Made by a program: the position numbers and the translations under genes. Of a stretch of 64,000 bases of DNA, positions 56,398 to 64,000 are shown in pieces; within the stretch, counting starts at the first letter, position 1; each line of letters starts with the position of its first letter. This stretch comes from Thermoplasmata archaeon (GTDB lineage Archaea > Thermoplasmatota > Thermoplasmata > Lutacidiplasmatales > UBA184): NCBI GenBank assembly GCA_021821785.1, contig JAKACD010000002.1, positions 1,629-65,628 of the forward strand, read 5' to 3'. Below the pieces are notes generated by a model. The model was not told where the DNA came from. It searched no databases and was given only the letters and a program-made list of their open reading frames with translations.

Positions 56398-56841
56398 ATG
56401 CACACGGAAGGCACGTTCTCGGCTCGCGGCGACCCTGATCGGGCGTTCGAGTTCTTCTGCGATCCCCGCCAGGTCTTGGACTGTCTCGACGACCCCCACA
56501 CCGTCGAGGTCGGGGACCCGACCCATTTCACCGGGACCGTCACGTCGGGCGTGGCGTTCATCCGGGGAACTTTCCGGATCACCGGCGAGTACACCGAGAT
56601 CGAGCGACCCCGTCGGGTCGCCGTGAAGCTCCATGGATCGGGGATGGGGAGCGGCCTTGATGCGACCGTAGTCACGACGTTCGAGGTGCACGATGGCGTC
56701 ACGGCCGTGCACTGGACCGCCGACCTCGCGCTCTCCGGACCGGTCGCGTCGGTCGGCGAACGGCTGATCCGTGGGACGATCAGCAGGAAGACCCAGACGC
56801 TCTTCGCCCGGGCCCGCGAGCGGCTCGAGGCGAGAGCGTGA
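56398..56841 (+). CDS. coxG: CoxG / SRPBCC family protein
   Basis: DPRQVLDCL...LSGPVASVGERLI; ATG at 56398. Confidence 0.8.
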   Translation: MHTEGTFSARGDPDRAFEFFCDPRQVLDCLDDPHTVEVGDPTHFTGTVTSGVAFIRGTFRITGEYTEIERPRRVAVKLHGSGMGSGLDATVVTTFEVHDGVTAVHWTADLALSGPVASVGERLIRGTISRKTQTLFARARERLEARA

Positions 56842-56908
56842 GGTGGGCCGGGCAGTTCGCATACCTACCTTTTTAGTTCGCCACCCGCTCTCGGCGTAGG
56901 AAGGGACC

Positions 56909-57376
56909 ATGACGGTCGATTTCGTGCTGAAGCGCGCTCCGGCCTACCGCGTGGCGGCGATCCGGTGGAACGGCCAGTGGAGTGACGCCGCCATCCACCG
57001 ACAGTTCGATCGAGTGGCCGCCTGGACCCGGGCGCATCACCTCCGGACGGGTCGATGGATATTCCGAGAGCCGGACGAGCAGACCTTCGAGGTCGCGATC
57101 GAGATCCGGGGGTCGGCGCGCTCCGAGGCGCCGGTCCGCGTGAAAACCTACCGCGCGGGGTCGGTCGCGAGCGTCGTCTACGACCCCGCGGTGGTCGCTT
57201 CCCCGGTCGTCTACCATGGCCTCTCCGACTGGCTCCGCTATCGTCGCCGCGATGGGACGATCACGGCCGTGGGGGACTACCGCGAGATCTACCGCGGCGA
57301 CCCCTGGCGTGACCGGGCCGCGTTCGCCCGGACCGAGGTCCAGTTCCTGGTGAAGCGGCCGAAGGCCGGGCCCTAG
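56909..57376 (+). CDS. GyrI-like small-molecule-binding domain protein
   Basis: LKRAPAYRVAAIR...YHGLSDWL...YREIYRGDP...TEVQF. Confidence 0.75.
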   Translation: MTVDFVLKRAPAYRVAAIRWNGQWSDAAIHRQFDRVAAWTRAHHLRTGRWIFREPDEQTFEVAIEIRGSARSEAPVRVKTYRAGSVASVVYDPAVVASPVVYHGLSDWLRYRRRDGTITAVGDYREIYRGDPWRDRAAFARTEVQFLVKRPKAGP

Positions 57377-58257
57377 GCCGATTTTCGGGCCGCCCGGCTC
57401 CCGGAGCTCGCGAGCGCCGTCCCCGCGGCCCTCGCACCGTGGGCGAACGACCGTCCGTACTTCTTCGCCACCATTTCGGCCACGATCGATAGGGCGATCT
57501 CGGTCGGGGTCGTCGCGCCGAGGTCGAGCCCGACCGGTGCATGGAGCCGCTCGAGGAACTCGGCCGGGACGCCCCCGTGCCGTAGCTCCTGTCGGTCCTT
57601 CTCGAGCCGATGGCGGCTCGCGAGAAGGCCGATGTAGCGGGCCGGGCTCTTTGCGAGCTCGGTCAGGATCGCGACATCCCGTTCGCCTTTCGTGAGGACG
57701 ACGACCGAGTCCCGTTCCCCCAGCGCAAGCTCTGCAAGATCGGGATGGGCCGCGCGGATCACCCGGTCGGCGGTCTCCGACAACTGCGGGTTCGGGTCGA
57801 CGACCACCACCTCGAAATCGAGCAGGCGGCCCACCCGCACCAGCGCGTCCTCGATGTCGTCGCGGCCCCCTTGGCCGATGAGGATGAGCCGCTCCGAGGG
57901 GAGCATCGGCTCGATGTGGACCTCGAGGGTCCCCCCGCAGTCGGTCTCGACATAGACCTCGTCCGGACCGGGGTTCCCCGCCATACCCCGGACCGCCGCC
58001 GCCGCATCGACGAGATGGACCCGGAGCACGCGGCTCTCCCCACTTTGCATCGCCTCCCGAGCCACCGCGACGATGGGTCCCTCGGGGCAGCCCCCGCCGA
58101 ACGTTCCACCGACGACGCGGCCGTCGTGGGAGATCAGGATCTTGAAGCCCGTCTTCGCGAGCGTCGAACCCTCGGTCCGGACGACCGTCGCCATCGCGAA
58201 CGGGCGGTGCTGGGCCGCGAGCTCCTGTACCCGCTGAGCGAACACGTGGGGGCGCAC
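57373..58257 (-). CDS. xdhC: XdhC/CoxF family molybdoenzyme maturation factor
   Basis: ATVVRTEGST, GTFGGGCPE, DCGGTLEVHIEP, YIGLLASR, LHAPVGLDLGATTPTEIALSIVAE; GTG at 58257. Confidence 0.92.
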   Translation of the reverse strand: MRPHVFAQRVQELAAQHRPFAMATVVRTEGSTLAKTGFKILISHDGRVVGGTFGGGCPEGPIVAVAREAMQSGESRVLRVHLVDAAAAVRGMAGNPGPDEVYVETDCGGTLEVHIEPMLPSERLILIGQGGRDDIEDALVRVGRLLDFEVVVVDPNPQLSETADRVIRAAHPDLAELALGERDSVVVLTKGERDVAILTELAKSPARYIGLLASRHRLEKDRQELRHGGVPAEFLERLHAPVGLDLGATTPTEIALSIVAEMVAKKYGRSFAHGARAAGTALASSGSRAARKSA

Positions 58258-58371
58258 GGTCGGGCCGAGCCTCTCCGGGACTATCTGGTTGTCGCGGCCG
58301 TCGCCCGTCGGTGGCGAGCTTAGATATCCTTCTCGCACGTGGTCTCGAGCACAGTCACCCCCTGAGGTAGC

Positions 58372-58941
58372 ATGATCCCGAACCGTACCGCGGACCCCGG
58401 CACCACCGCCGACACGATCGTGCTCGCCGGAGGCTGCTTCTGGTGCACCGAGGCCGTCTTCTCGGAGCTGAGGGGGGTGCGCTCGGCCGTTCCCGGCTAC
58501 GCCGGGGGGCACGTGCCGAACCCGTCGTACGAGCGGGTCTGCACGGGGCGGACGGGCCACGCCGAGGTGATCGAGGTCACGTTCGACCCGGCGATCATCG
58601 ACCTGCACGACCTGCTCATGGTCTTCTTCACGACCCACGACCCGACGACCTTGAACCGCCAGGGGAACGATACCGGGCCGCAGTACCGGTCGGCGATCTT
58701 CTACCGGACCCCGACGCAGAAGGCGGTCATCGACGCGGTGATCCGGGAAGTGGAGGCGGCCCGCCTCTGGCCGGGGAAGCTCGTGACCGAGGTCACGGCG
58801 CTCACCGAGTTCTACCCGGCGGAATCGTACCACCGGGACTACTTCCGGCGGAATCCGGAGAAGGCCTACTGTCAGCTCGTGATCGCTCCCAAGGTCGCGA
58901 AGCTCCGCCACCAGTACTCCGATCGGTTGCGCTCCGCCTAG
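58372..58941 (+). CDS. msrA: Peptide-methionine (S)-S-oxide reductase
   Basis: AGGCFWCTE, TGHAE, HDPTTLNRQGND.G.QYRS, AESYHRDY. Confidence 0.96.
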   Translation: MIPNRTADPGTTADTIVLAGGCFWCTEAVFSELRGVRSAVPGYAGGHVPNPSYERVCTGRTGHAEVIEVTFDPAIIDLHDLLMVFFTTHDPTTLNRQGNDTGPQYRSAIFYRTPTQKAVIDAVIREVEAARLWPGKLVTEVTALTEFYPAESYHRDYFRRNPEKAYCQLVIAPKVAKLRHQYSDRLRSA

Positions 58942-58959
58942 CGGCGGGTGGCCCCAAGA

Positions 58960-59541
58960 TCAGCCGAGGGCCAGGACGACGAAGTACCCGGCGAAGGCGA
59001 TCATCGCGCCGGCCGACACGAGGGTGACCACTGGCGCGAAGCGCGGCGATCGCTCGGCCCCTGCACGGACGACGATCGGGAAGGCAACGACCCAGACCGC
59101 GATCGCGCCGAACAGTCCGACCAGGAGCACGGCGCCCCCAAGATAGGCGAAGGCGAGACCGGCGGTCAGCCACCATAGGATCTGGAACGGGTTCGAGAGC
59201 CCGATCCCGAGGGCGGTCGTGTACGTCCGGGCGTCGCTGGGCCCCGCGGCGCCGGTCTCCGCTCGGGTGCGGAGCAGATGCACCCCGAAGTACGCCATCA
59301 CCACGGCGCCGACCAGGTAGAGCCCTCGGGCGTAGGCGCTGAGGTCGAGCGCCGAGGAGAGCAGGAAGACGACGGCCGCGAGCACCGCATCCGCGCTCAT
59401 CGCGCCGAGACCCGTCAGGGTGCCACGGCGCCGGGAACGCACCGACTGGGCTGCGATGAACGCATTCATGGGTCCGGGCGGCACCGCGAGCGAGAACCCG
59501 AGCGCGAGTCCGAAGGCCAGTTCGAACCCCCCGCTCGCCAT
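58960..59541 (-). CDS. LysE family exporter
   Basis: GLALGFSLAVPPGPMN, GLSNPFQILWW. Confidence 0.88.
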   Translation of the reverse strand: MASGGFELAFGLALGFSLAVPPGPMNAFIAAQSVRSRRRGTLTGLGAMSADAVLAAVVFLLSSALDLSAYARGLYLVGAVVMAYFGVHLLRTRAETGAAGPSDARTYTTALGIGLSNPFQILWWLTAGLAFAYLGGAVLLVGLFGAIAVWVVAFPIVVRAGAERSPRFAPVVTLVSAGAMIAFAGYFVVLALG

Positions 59542-59640
59542 CTACGTCCGGACGGTCCGGGAGAACCGCCCACGGCGGGCGTATCCGAGAGATCCACAAA
59601 AGGGGCGGGGCCCGATCCGGGCCATCGGTTCCTCTGAGGT

Positions 59641-60030
59641 TCAGCCCGTGGGCGGGAAGGGGGGAACGCTCCGCGCCTCCACGGTGATCACGGGGCCCTC
59701 CCGGAAGGGGTGCCAGCGGACCGCGAGGATCCCGCCGAGGAACGTGAGGACGAAGCCGACGAACAGGCCGGCCAGCGCGAACGGAATGCTCAGGAGCGCG
59801 AACAGAAGCGCGAGGATTCCCCATACCGTGTGCAGGGCCGGTGCCGCGATCATGAGGAGACCGAGAAGGATGGAAAGCAGTCCCACGAGCAGGCCCAGCA
59901 GGAACAGGTCGCGGAACGGACCGAGGACCGCGCCGAGGATATCCCCGACCAGCGCGAACAGGGCGCCCCCCACCACGATGAACAGACCGCCCAGGATCGT
60001 GAGAAGCCCCGCTCCCACCGGACGCGACAT
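59641..60030 (-). CDS. Small membrane protein (DUF6114-like)
   Basis: Gly-rich hydrophobic helices, GLFVGFVLTFLGGILA. Confidence 0.65.
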   Translation of the reverse strand: MSRPVGAGLLTILGGLFIVVGGALFALVGDILGAVLGPFRDLFLLGLLVGLLSILLGLLMIAAPALHTVWGILALLFALLSIPFALAGLFVGFVLTFLGGILAVRWHPFREGPVITVEARSVPPFPPTG

Positions 60031-60174
60031 CCGTACCCCGTTCGGCCGAGGGTCTCGCTCGGCATATAGTCGTGCGCGACGGCCGCCGCGAGCGGGCCCG
60101 CGCCGACGCTCGCGCCCCGGCGTTCCCCTTCCCTATTAGAGGGGAGGACCATTCGGGCGGAGCGGAGCCCCTTC

Positions 60175-61554
60175 GTGTCGAGCGATCCCATCCTCTACCG
60201 CCTCGGGAGGTCGTGGACGATCGCCCGCATCCTCCTTGTCGGGACGTTGGTCCGCGAGGCGTTCTCGTTCTGGACCGGCCATCCGTTCGACTTCGAATCG
60301 TGGATCCGGACCGGCTACGTCGTGGCCCACGGGGGGAACCCCTACAGTGCCTTCTGGCCCCCGGTCCCCGGGGCCAGCTTCGAATTCCTGAACTCCAACC
60401 TGACCTCCGCCGCCTACCTGCCGTTCTGGCCCGAACTGCTCGCGGGGCTCTACCTCCTGTGGACGGCCGTGGGGGGCGGCGACCGCTTCGTCCTGTACTT
60501 CCTTCTGAAGCAGCCGGTCATCCTCGCCGATGTCGCCTCGGCCTATCTTCTCTACCGGCTCGTCCTCCGCCACACCGGGGACGGGGCCCGCGCCCGGCAG
60601 GTGGCTCTGTTCTGGTCGCTCTTTCCGTACGCGATCACGATCACGGCGATCTGGGGCCAGTTCGACTCGATCATCGTCGTCCTCCTCCTCGCGCTCTTCT
60701 ACGCCCGCGGGGCGATCGAACGGAACCTCCTCCTCGGGCTCGGGATCTTCGTGAAGTGGCTCACGGTGATCTACCTCCCGCTCGAGTTCTTCCGCGCGAA
60801 GGGGCTCGCCCGCGCCACCTTTCTCGTCGCCCTCGCCCTCGCGGGCGGCCTCACGCTCCTCGTCTTCGGGCTCGAGGGCTGGTCGATCGCCGGCTTCGGC
60901 ACGCAGGGACTCGCCTCGGTCGCGCTCTCTCAGTCGCAAGGCGGCGGACTCGGGATGAACTACGCCCTGATCCTCGGCCTCTCGAACGTCCAAGCGGTCC
61001 TGGGCCAGATCCCGTACTTCTACCGCCTCGCCCCGTACGCCTGGGTCCCCGGGATCCTGCTCGGGGGCTGGGCCGCCGCCCGGTGGGTCGGTCGAGACGA
61101 GCCCATTTCAGAGATGCGGGCGCTGCTCTTCGTCCTGGTCCTCTTTCTCCTGCTGCGATGGGGTCTCTACGAGCAGTACTTCCTCTACCTGTTCGGCCTC
61201 CTCGCGCTCGCGGTCGCCGTCTTCCGTCCGGGCTTCCGGGCGCTCTTCCGATTCACGTGGGGTCTCGCGGCGATCGACCTTCTCGTCAACAACGACCTCG
61301 GGATGCGGTTTGTGAGCCCGATCGACCCCGGAATCTACGCCTACACCGCCGCGCTCGACGCAAACGACGGGTACGGGATCGTGCGGACGTTTCTCCTAGT
61401 CGTGCTCGCGGTCGCGGTCACGCTCACCCTCGTGCAGTGGGCCTGGACGCTGTGGCGTGACGACCCCGAGCCGCGTCCCTGGCCCTGGTCCGCCCGCGAC
61501 GCGTGGCGTCGCTGGAGGGAGGCGCGGACCGACGCGAGGGGGACCGCGCTCTAG
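60175..61554 (+). CDS. GT-C superfamily membrane glycosyltransferase (GT87-like)
   Basis: WTGHPFDFESW early loop, AYLP, KQPVILAD, WGQFD, GIFVK; multi-pass. Confidence 0.75.
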   Translation: MSSDPILYRLGRSWTIARILLVGTLVREAFSFWTGHPFDFESWIRTGYVVAHGGNPYSAFWPPVPGASFEFLNSNLTSAAYLPFWPELLAGLYLLWTAVGGGDRFVLYFLLKQPVILADVASAYLLYRLVLRHTGDGARARQVALFWSLFPYAITITAIWGQFDSIIVVLLLALFYARGAIERNLLLGLGIFVKWLTVIYLPLEFFRAKGLARATFLVALALAGGLTLLVFGLEGWSIAGFGTQGLASVALSQSQGGGLGMNYALILGLSNVQAVLGQIPYFYRLAPYAWVPGILLGGWAAARWVGRDEPISEMRALLFVLVLFLLLRWGLYEQYFLYLFGLLALAVAVFRPGFRALFRFTWGLAAIDLLVNNDLGMRFVSPIDPGIYAYTAALDANDGYGIVRTFLLVVLAVAVTLTLVQWAWTLWRDDPEPRPWPWSARDAWRRWREARTDARGTAL

Positions 61555-61733
61555 TCACGTCGGGGTCCGCGAGGGGCGGACGTCCCGGGCTTCCCATCGA
61601 GGGTCTCGTGCGACCGGCGGGCGGGACCGAAGGACGGCCGGATGGCCTCCCCCCGCTCCCGAACTCGCTCCTGCTTGCTCGGTGCCGGGCCGACCCTCCA
61701 AGTATATATCTCCCTCTGCCGACTCCACGACCA

Positions 61734-61970
61734 ATGCCCCCACGATGGATCTCCGAGCGGAGGACCATCAAGGTCCTGGTCGAGCCGGAGGGGGCGGTCG
61801 TCGCCATCACGATGAAGACCTTCTCCTACCTCTTGATCGTCTCGAAGCGGTTCGTGGGCCTCAAGAAGATCCGGACCGCCGACCGCATCGTGGCCCGGGC
61901 CGGCTACTCCACCCCGCGTGTCGTCACCCTCATCGCCGAGGTCTACCCGCACGGCGTTCCGGTCCCATGA
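61734..61970 (+). CDS. 78-aa hypothetical protein
   Basis: ATG about 25-30 nt after TATATAT (61703-61709); tail of ORF 61503..61970. Confidence 0.65.
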   Translation: MPPRWISERRTIKVLVEPEGAVVAITMKTFSYLLIVSKRFVGLKKIRTADRIVARAGYSTPRVVTLIAEVYPHGVPVP

Positions 61971-62007
61971 GCCCGGCGCGGGCGCTCCGAGCCCGGGCCG
62001 CGCCATC

Positions 62008-63282
62008 GTGAGCGCCGCGCCGTCGACCGACACTCCCCTCACGACCGGGCGCCGTCCGTCCCTCGATCTTTCGCCGGACCTGGTGGCGTGGGTCCGTCTC
62101 CTCTATGTCGAGGAGAACGGGCGGCTCTTCGTGGTCGCGAGCGACCCCGCGGCGGACTGGATGGCCCGCGCGGTGCGTGAGGGGCGGGCCTGGATCCGAT
62201 TGGAGGACGGGCCGGAACGACCGGTCACGGCGGAGCCGACGCGCGAACCCGAGGTCGTCGCTCGGGTCCACGCCCTCGGTCGGGACCGGTACGGCCACGA
62301 TACCTGGGACGCCTACTTCCGAGGGACCGACGAAGTGCTCGCTCTCGATCCGGGCGAAGCGCCCGACCGGCTGCCCCTCCACACGCGACTCCAGCGGGAG
62401 TTCGATCGGGCCGCCGTCGTCTACGACCGCGCGCTCGAGGGGAACCCGGTCGAGCGGTACCTCAAGGAACGGGCCGCGGCGCTGATCGAGGAGACCGTGC
62501 GCCGGGCCGATAGGGTACTCGAGATCGGGCCGGGGACCGGGTTCCACACGCTCCGGCTGCTCGCCCGGGGCCATCGGGTCCTGGCGGTGGACCTCTCTCC
62601 CAAGATGCTCGACACGCTCGTCGCCCGCGCGCGGTCTCGGGGGCTCGCCGACCGGCTCGAGGTACGCGAGCTCGCCCTCGGTCACATCGGGTCCGGTCTC
62701 GCCGACCTTCCGAGCGGGAGCTTCGGCGGGATCGTCTCGGCGTTCGGAGCCTTCGACCTCGAGCCGGACCTCGATCGCGCGGTGCCGACCTTGGGCCGTC
62801 TCGCGTCCCCGGGGACGGCGCTCGCCTTCACGGCGCTCAACCGGCCGGGATGGGGGCCGATGGCCTGGGAACTCGCGGCGGGGCGGCCCGGCGCGGCGTT
62901 CCGGCGGACCCGCGCGGTGGTGCCGGCCGGTGGGATCGGCTATTCCCTCGAGCTGCACCTGCGCACTCCCTCGACCTGGGACGCGCTGCTCCAGGATCAT
63001 TTCCGCCGCGCCCGTCTCCTTCCGATCTCCGTCCTCTCTCCCCCGTTCCGCTCGGAGCGGCTCCTCCGGTGGCTCGGCGGCGAAGGGGCGACCCGGGCGC
63101 GGCAGTTCGACGAGCGCGTCTCCGCCCACGCGTCCCTCTGGTCCGGGGCCGAGTGGCTCTTCCATGCCTATGTCCGGACCGGGCCGAACGATATCGCCGG
63201 ACCCCTGCGTCGGGCGCGGCCGCGACGCGGGTCGCGGGACCGAGCGGAACGGAGCCGTGCCGTGCCGAGGCCCCCGGTCTAG
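62008..63282 (+). CDS. Class I SAM methyltransferase with N-terminal split-barrel (DDN-like) domain
   Basis: LTTGRR...LLYVEENGRLFVVAS...W; then VLEIGPGTG, AVDLSPKML, SAFGAF; GTG at 62008. Confidence 0.8.
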   Translation: MSAAPSTDTPLTTGRRPSLDLSPDLVAWVRLLYVEENGRLFVVASDPAADWMARAVREGRAWIRLEDGPERPVTAEPTREPEVVARVHALGRDRYGHDTWDAYFRGTDEVLALDPGEAPDRLPLHTRLQREFDRAAVVYDRALEGNPVERYLKERAAALIEETVRRADRVLEIGPGTGFHTLRLLARGHRVLAVDLSPKMLDTLVARARSRGLADRLEVRELALGHIGSGLADLPSGSFGGIVSAFGAFDLEPDLDRAVPTLGRLASPGTALAFTALNRPGWGPMAWELAAGRPGAAFRRTRAVVPAGGIGYSLELHLRTPSTWDALLQDHFRRARLLPISVLSPPFRSERLLRWLGGEGATRARQFDERVSAHASLWSGAEWLFHAYVRTGPNDIAGPLRRARPRRGSRDRAERSRAVPRPPV

Positions 63283-64000
63283 CCCGCCGCGCCCTTCCAC
63301 CGCGGCACGCCCTCGGGAACGAATCGCAGGTCGATCACGGGCCCGGAGCGAGCGCCCACGGGGCCGCACCGATCGCAGCGGATCTCGCTGTCGCCCGCAG
63401 GGAACGGAAGGGCCGCGCGGCACCGGGGACACGCGAGGATCGCGTCGGGTCCGGGAAGGGGTCCCGCGTCGGTCCCGGTCCGCTCGAGCACCGCAAAGCG
63501 CACCGGGAATCCGGGCGCTCGTCCGATCGCGAAACCGAGATGGACGAAGAGCGCGGCCGGCGCCCGCCGGGCGATCCGGTACTCCTCCATCCCGGCCACC
63601 ACCTCGGCCCGCGGGTCGAAGCCGGCCGCCCGGACGATCCGTGCGAACGTGCGTCGATCGGGGACCTCCACGGGGAACGGGGCCGGGGGGAGCGTCACCG
63701 AGCCCCGCGCGAAGGTCGCCGAACGGAAGCGGGTTCCCGCCCGAGCCGGTTCGAGGGCGCGACGGACGTCCTGGACGAACGTGCCGACGGAGGGGCGTGG
63801 GTTGTAGGAGAGCACGAGGCGAGCGCCCGCTCGGAGGACCCGGCCGAGCTCGGTGAGGGCGCTCACCGGGTCGGTCAGGTGGTGATAGACCCGCACCATG
63901 CTCGCGCTCGTGAACGCTCCGTCCACGAACGGGAGATGGTAGAGGTTCGCCGCTACCCGAAGCGGCTCGCGGGGAGCGAGCTTCTCGGGAATCTCTCCGA
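63279..64000 (-). CDS. Class I SAM methyltransferase with C-terminal Zn ribbon (3' part; runs off right edge)
   Basis: AANLYHLPFVDGAF...RVYHHL...ELGRVL; ACPRC...CDRC. Confidence 0.85.
   Translation of the reverse strand, partial: GEIPEKLAPREPLRVAANLYHLPFVDGAFTSASMVRVYHHLTDPVSALTELGRVLRAGARLVLSYNPRPSVGTFVQDVRRALEPARAGTRFRSATFARGSVTLPPAPFPVEVPDRRTFARIVRAAGFDPRAEVVAGMEEYRIARRAPAALFVHLGFAIGRAPGFPVRFAVLERTGTDAGPLPGPDAILACPRCRAALPFPAGDSEIRCDRCGPVGARSGPVIDLRFVPEGVPRWKGAAG

Noticed and set aside
1-64000. CRISPR array, rRNA genes, prophage or defence island
   Set aside because: No regularly spaced repeats, rRNA signatures, capsid/terminase/integrase genes or cas genes were seen on either strand.

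Overview
64 kb of very GC-rich, gene-dense archaeal chromosome. It carries archaeal Rpo3/S13/S4/S11, aEF-1alpha, S10, pelota, aMBF1, LonB, proteasome alpha, Topo IA and intronless tRNA-Phe(GAA) and tRNA-Thr(CGT). The proteasome alpha N-terminus (MQPGQMAYDRA) resembles the Thermoplasma one, so I infer a Thermoplasmata organism, probably an uncultured soil/peat lineage. Most of the window is housekeeping: folate C1 (fhs, folD, mptD), lipid head-group synthesis (pssA, psd), citrate synthase, argF, uvrA/uvrC, dnaJ, RNase HI, msrA. It also has a Ni uptake module (nikR plus NiCoT) and a molybdo-hydroxylase cluster (coxM, coxS, coxG, xdhC, mocA-like, moaA) with no large subunit. I found no CRISPR array, prophage or intact transposon. 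There is a decayed IS200-type tnpA remnant and an amber-interrupted methyltransferase next to tRNA-Thr. The most interesting signals are: (1) a kink-turn-shaped 5' leader covering the ribosome-binding region of the S13-S4-S11-Rpo3 operon; (2) a roughly 120-nt structured leader with a T-loop-like motif upstream of a divergent proteasome alpha gene; (3) a thiolase-fold protein lacking both catalytic cysteines, paired with DUF35; (4) the orphan coxMS cluster; (5) an inverted pair of PhoU-like paralogs, one lacking its DNA-binding domain; (6) several unannotated microproteins. At least two genes (rps13, dinB) show a single missing base, which may be an assembly error. All family assignments come from motif recognition by eye; no database search was run.
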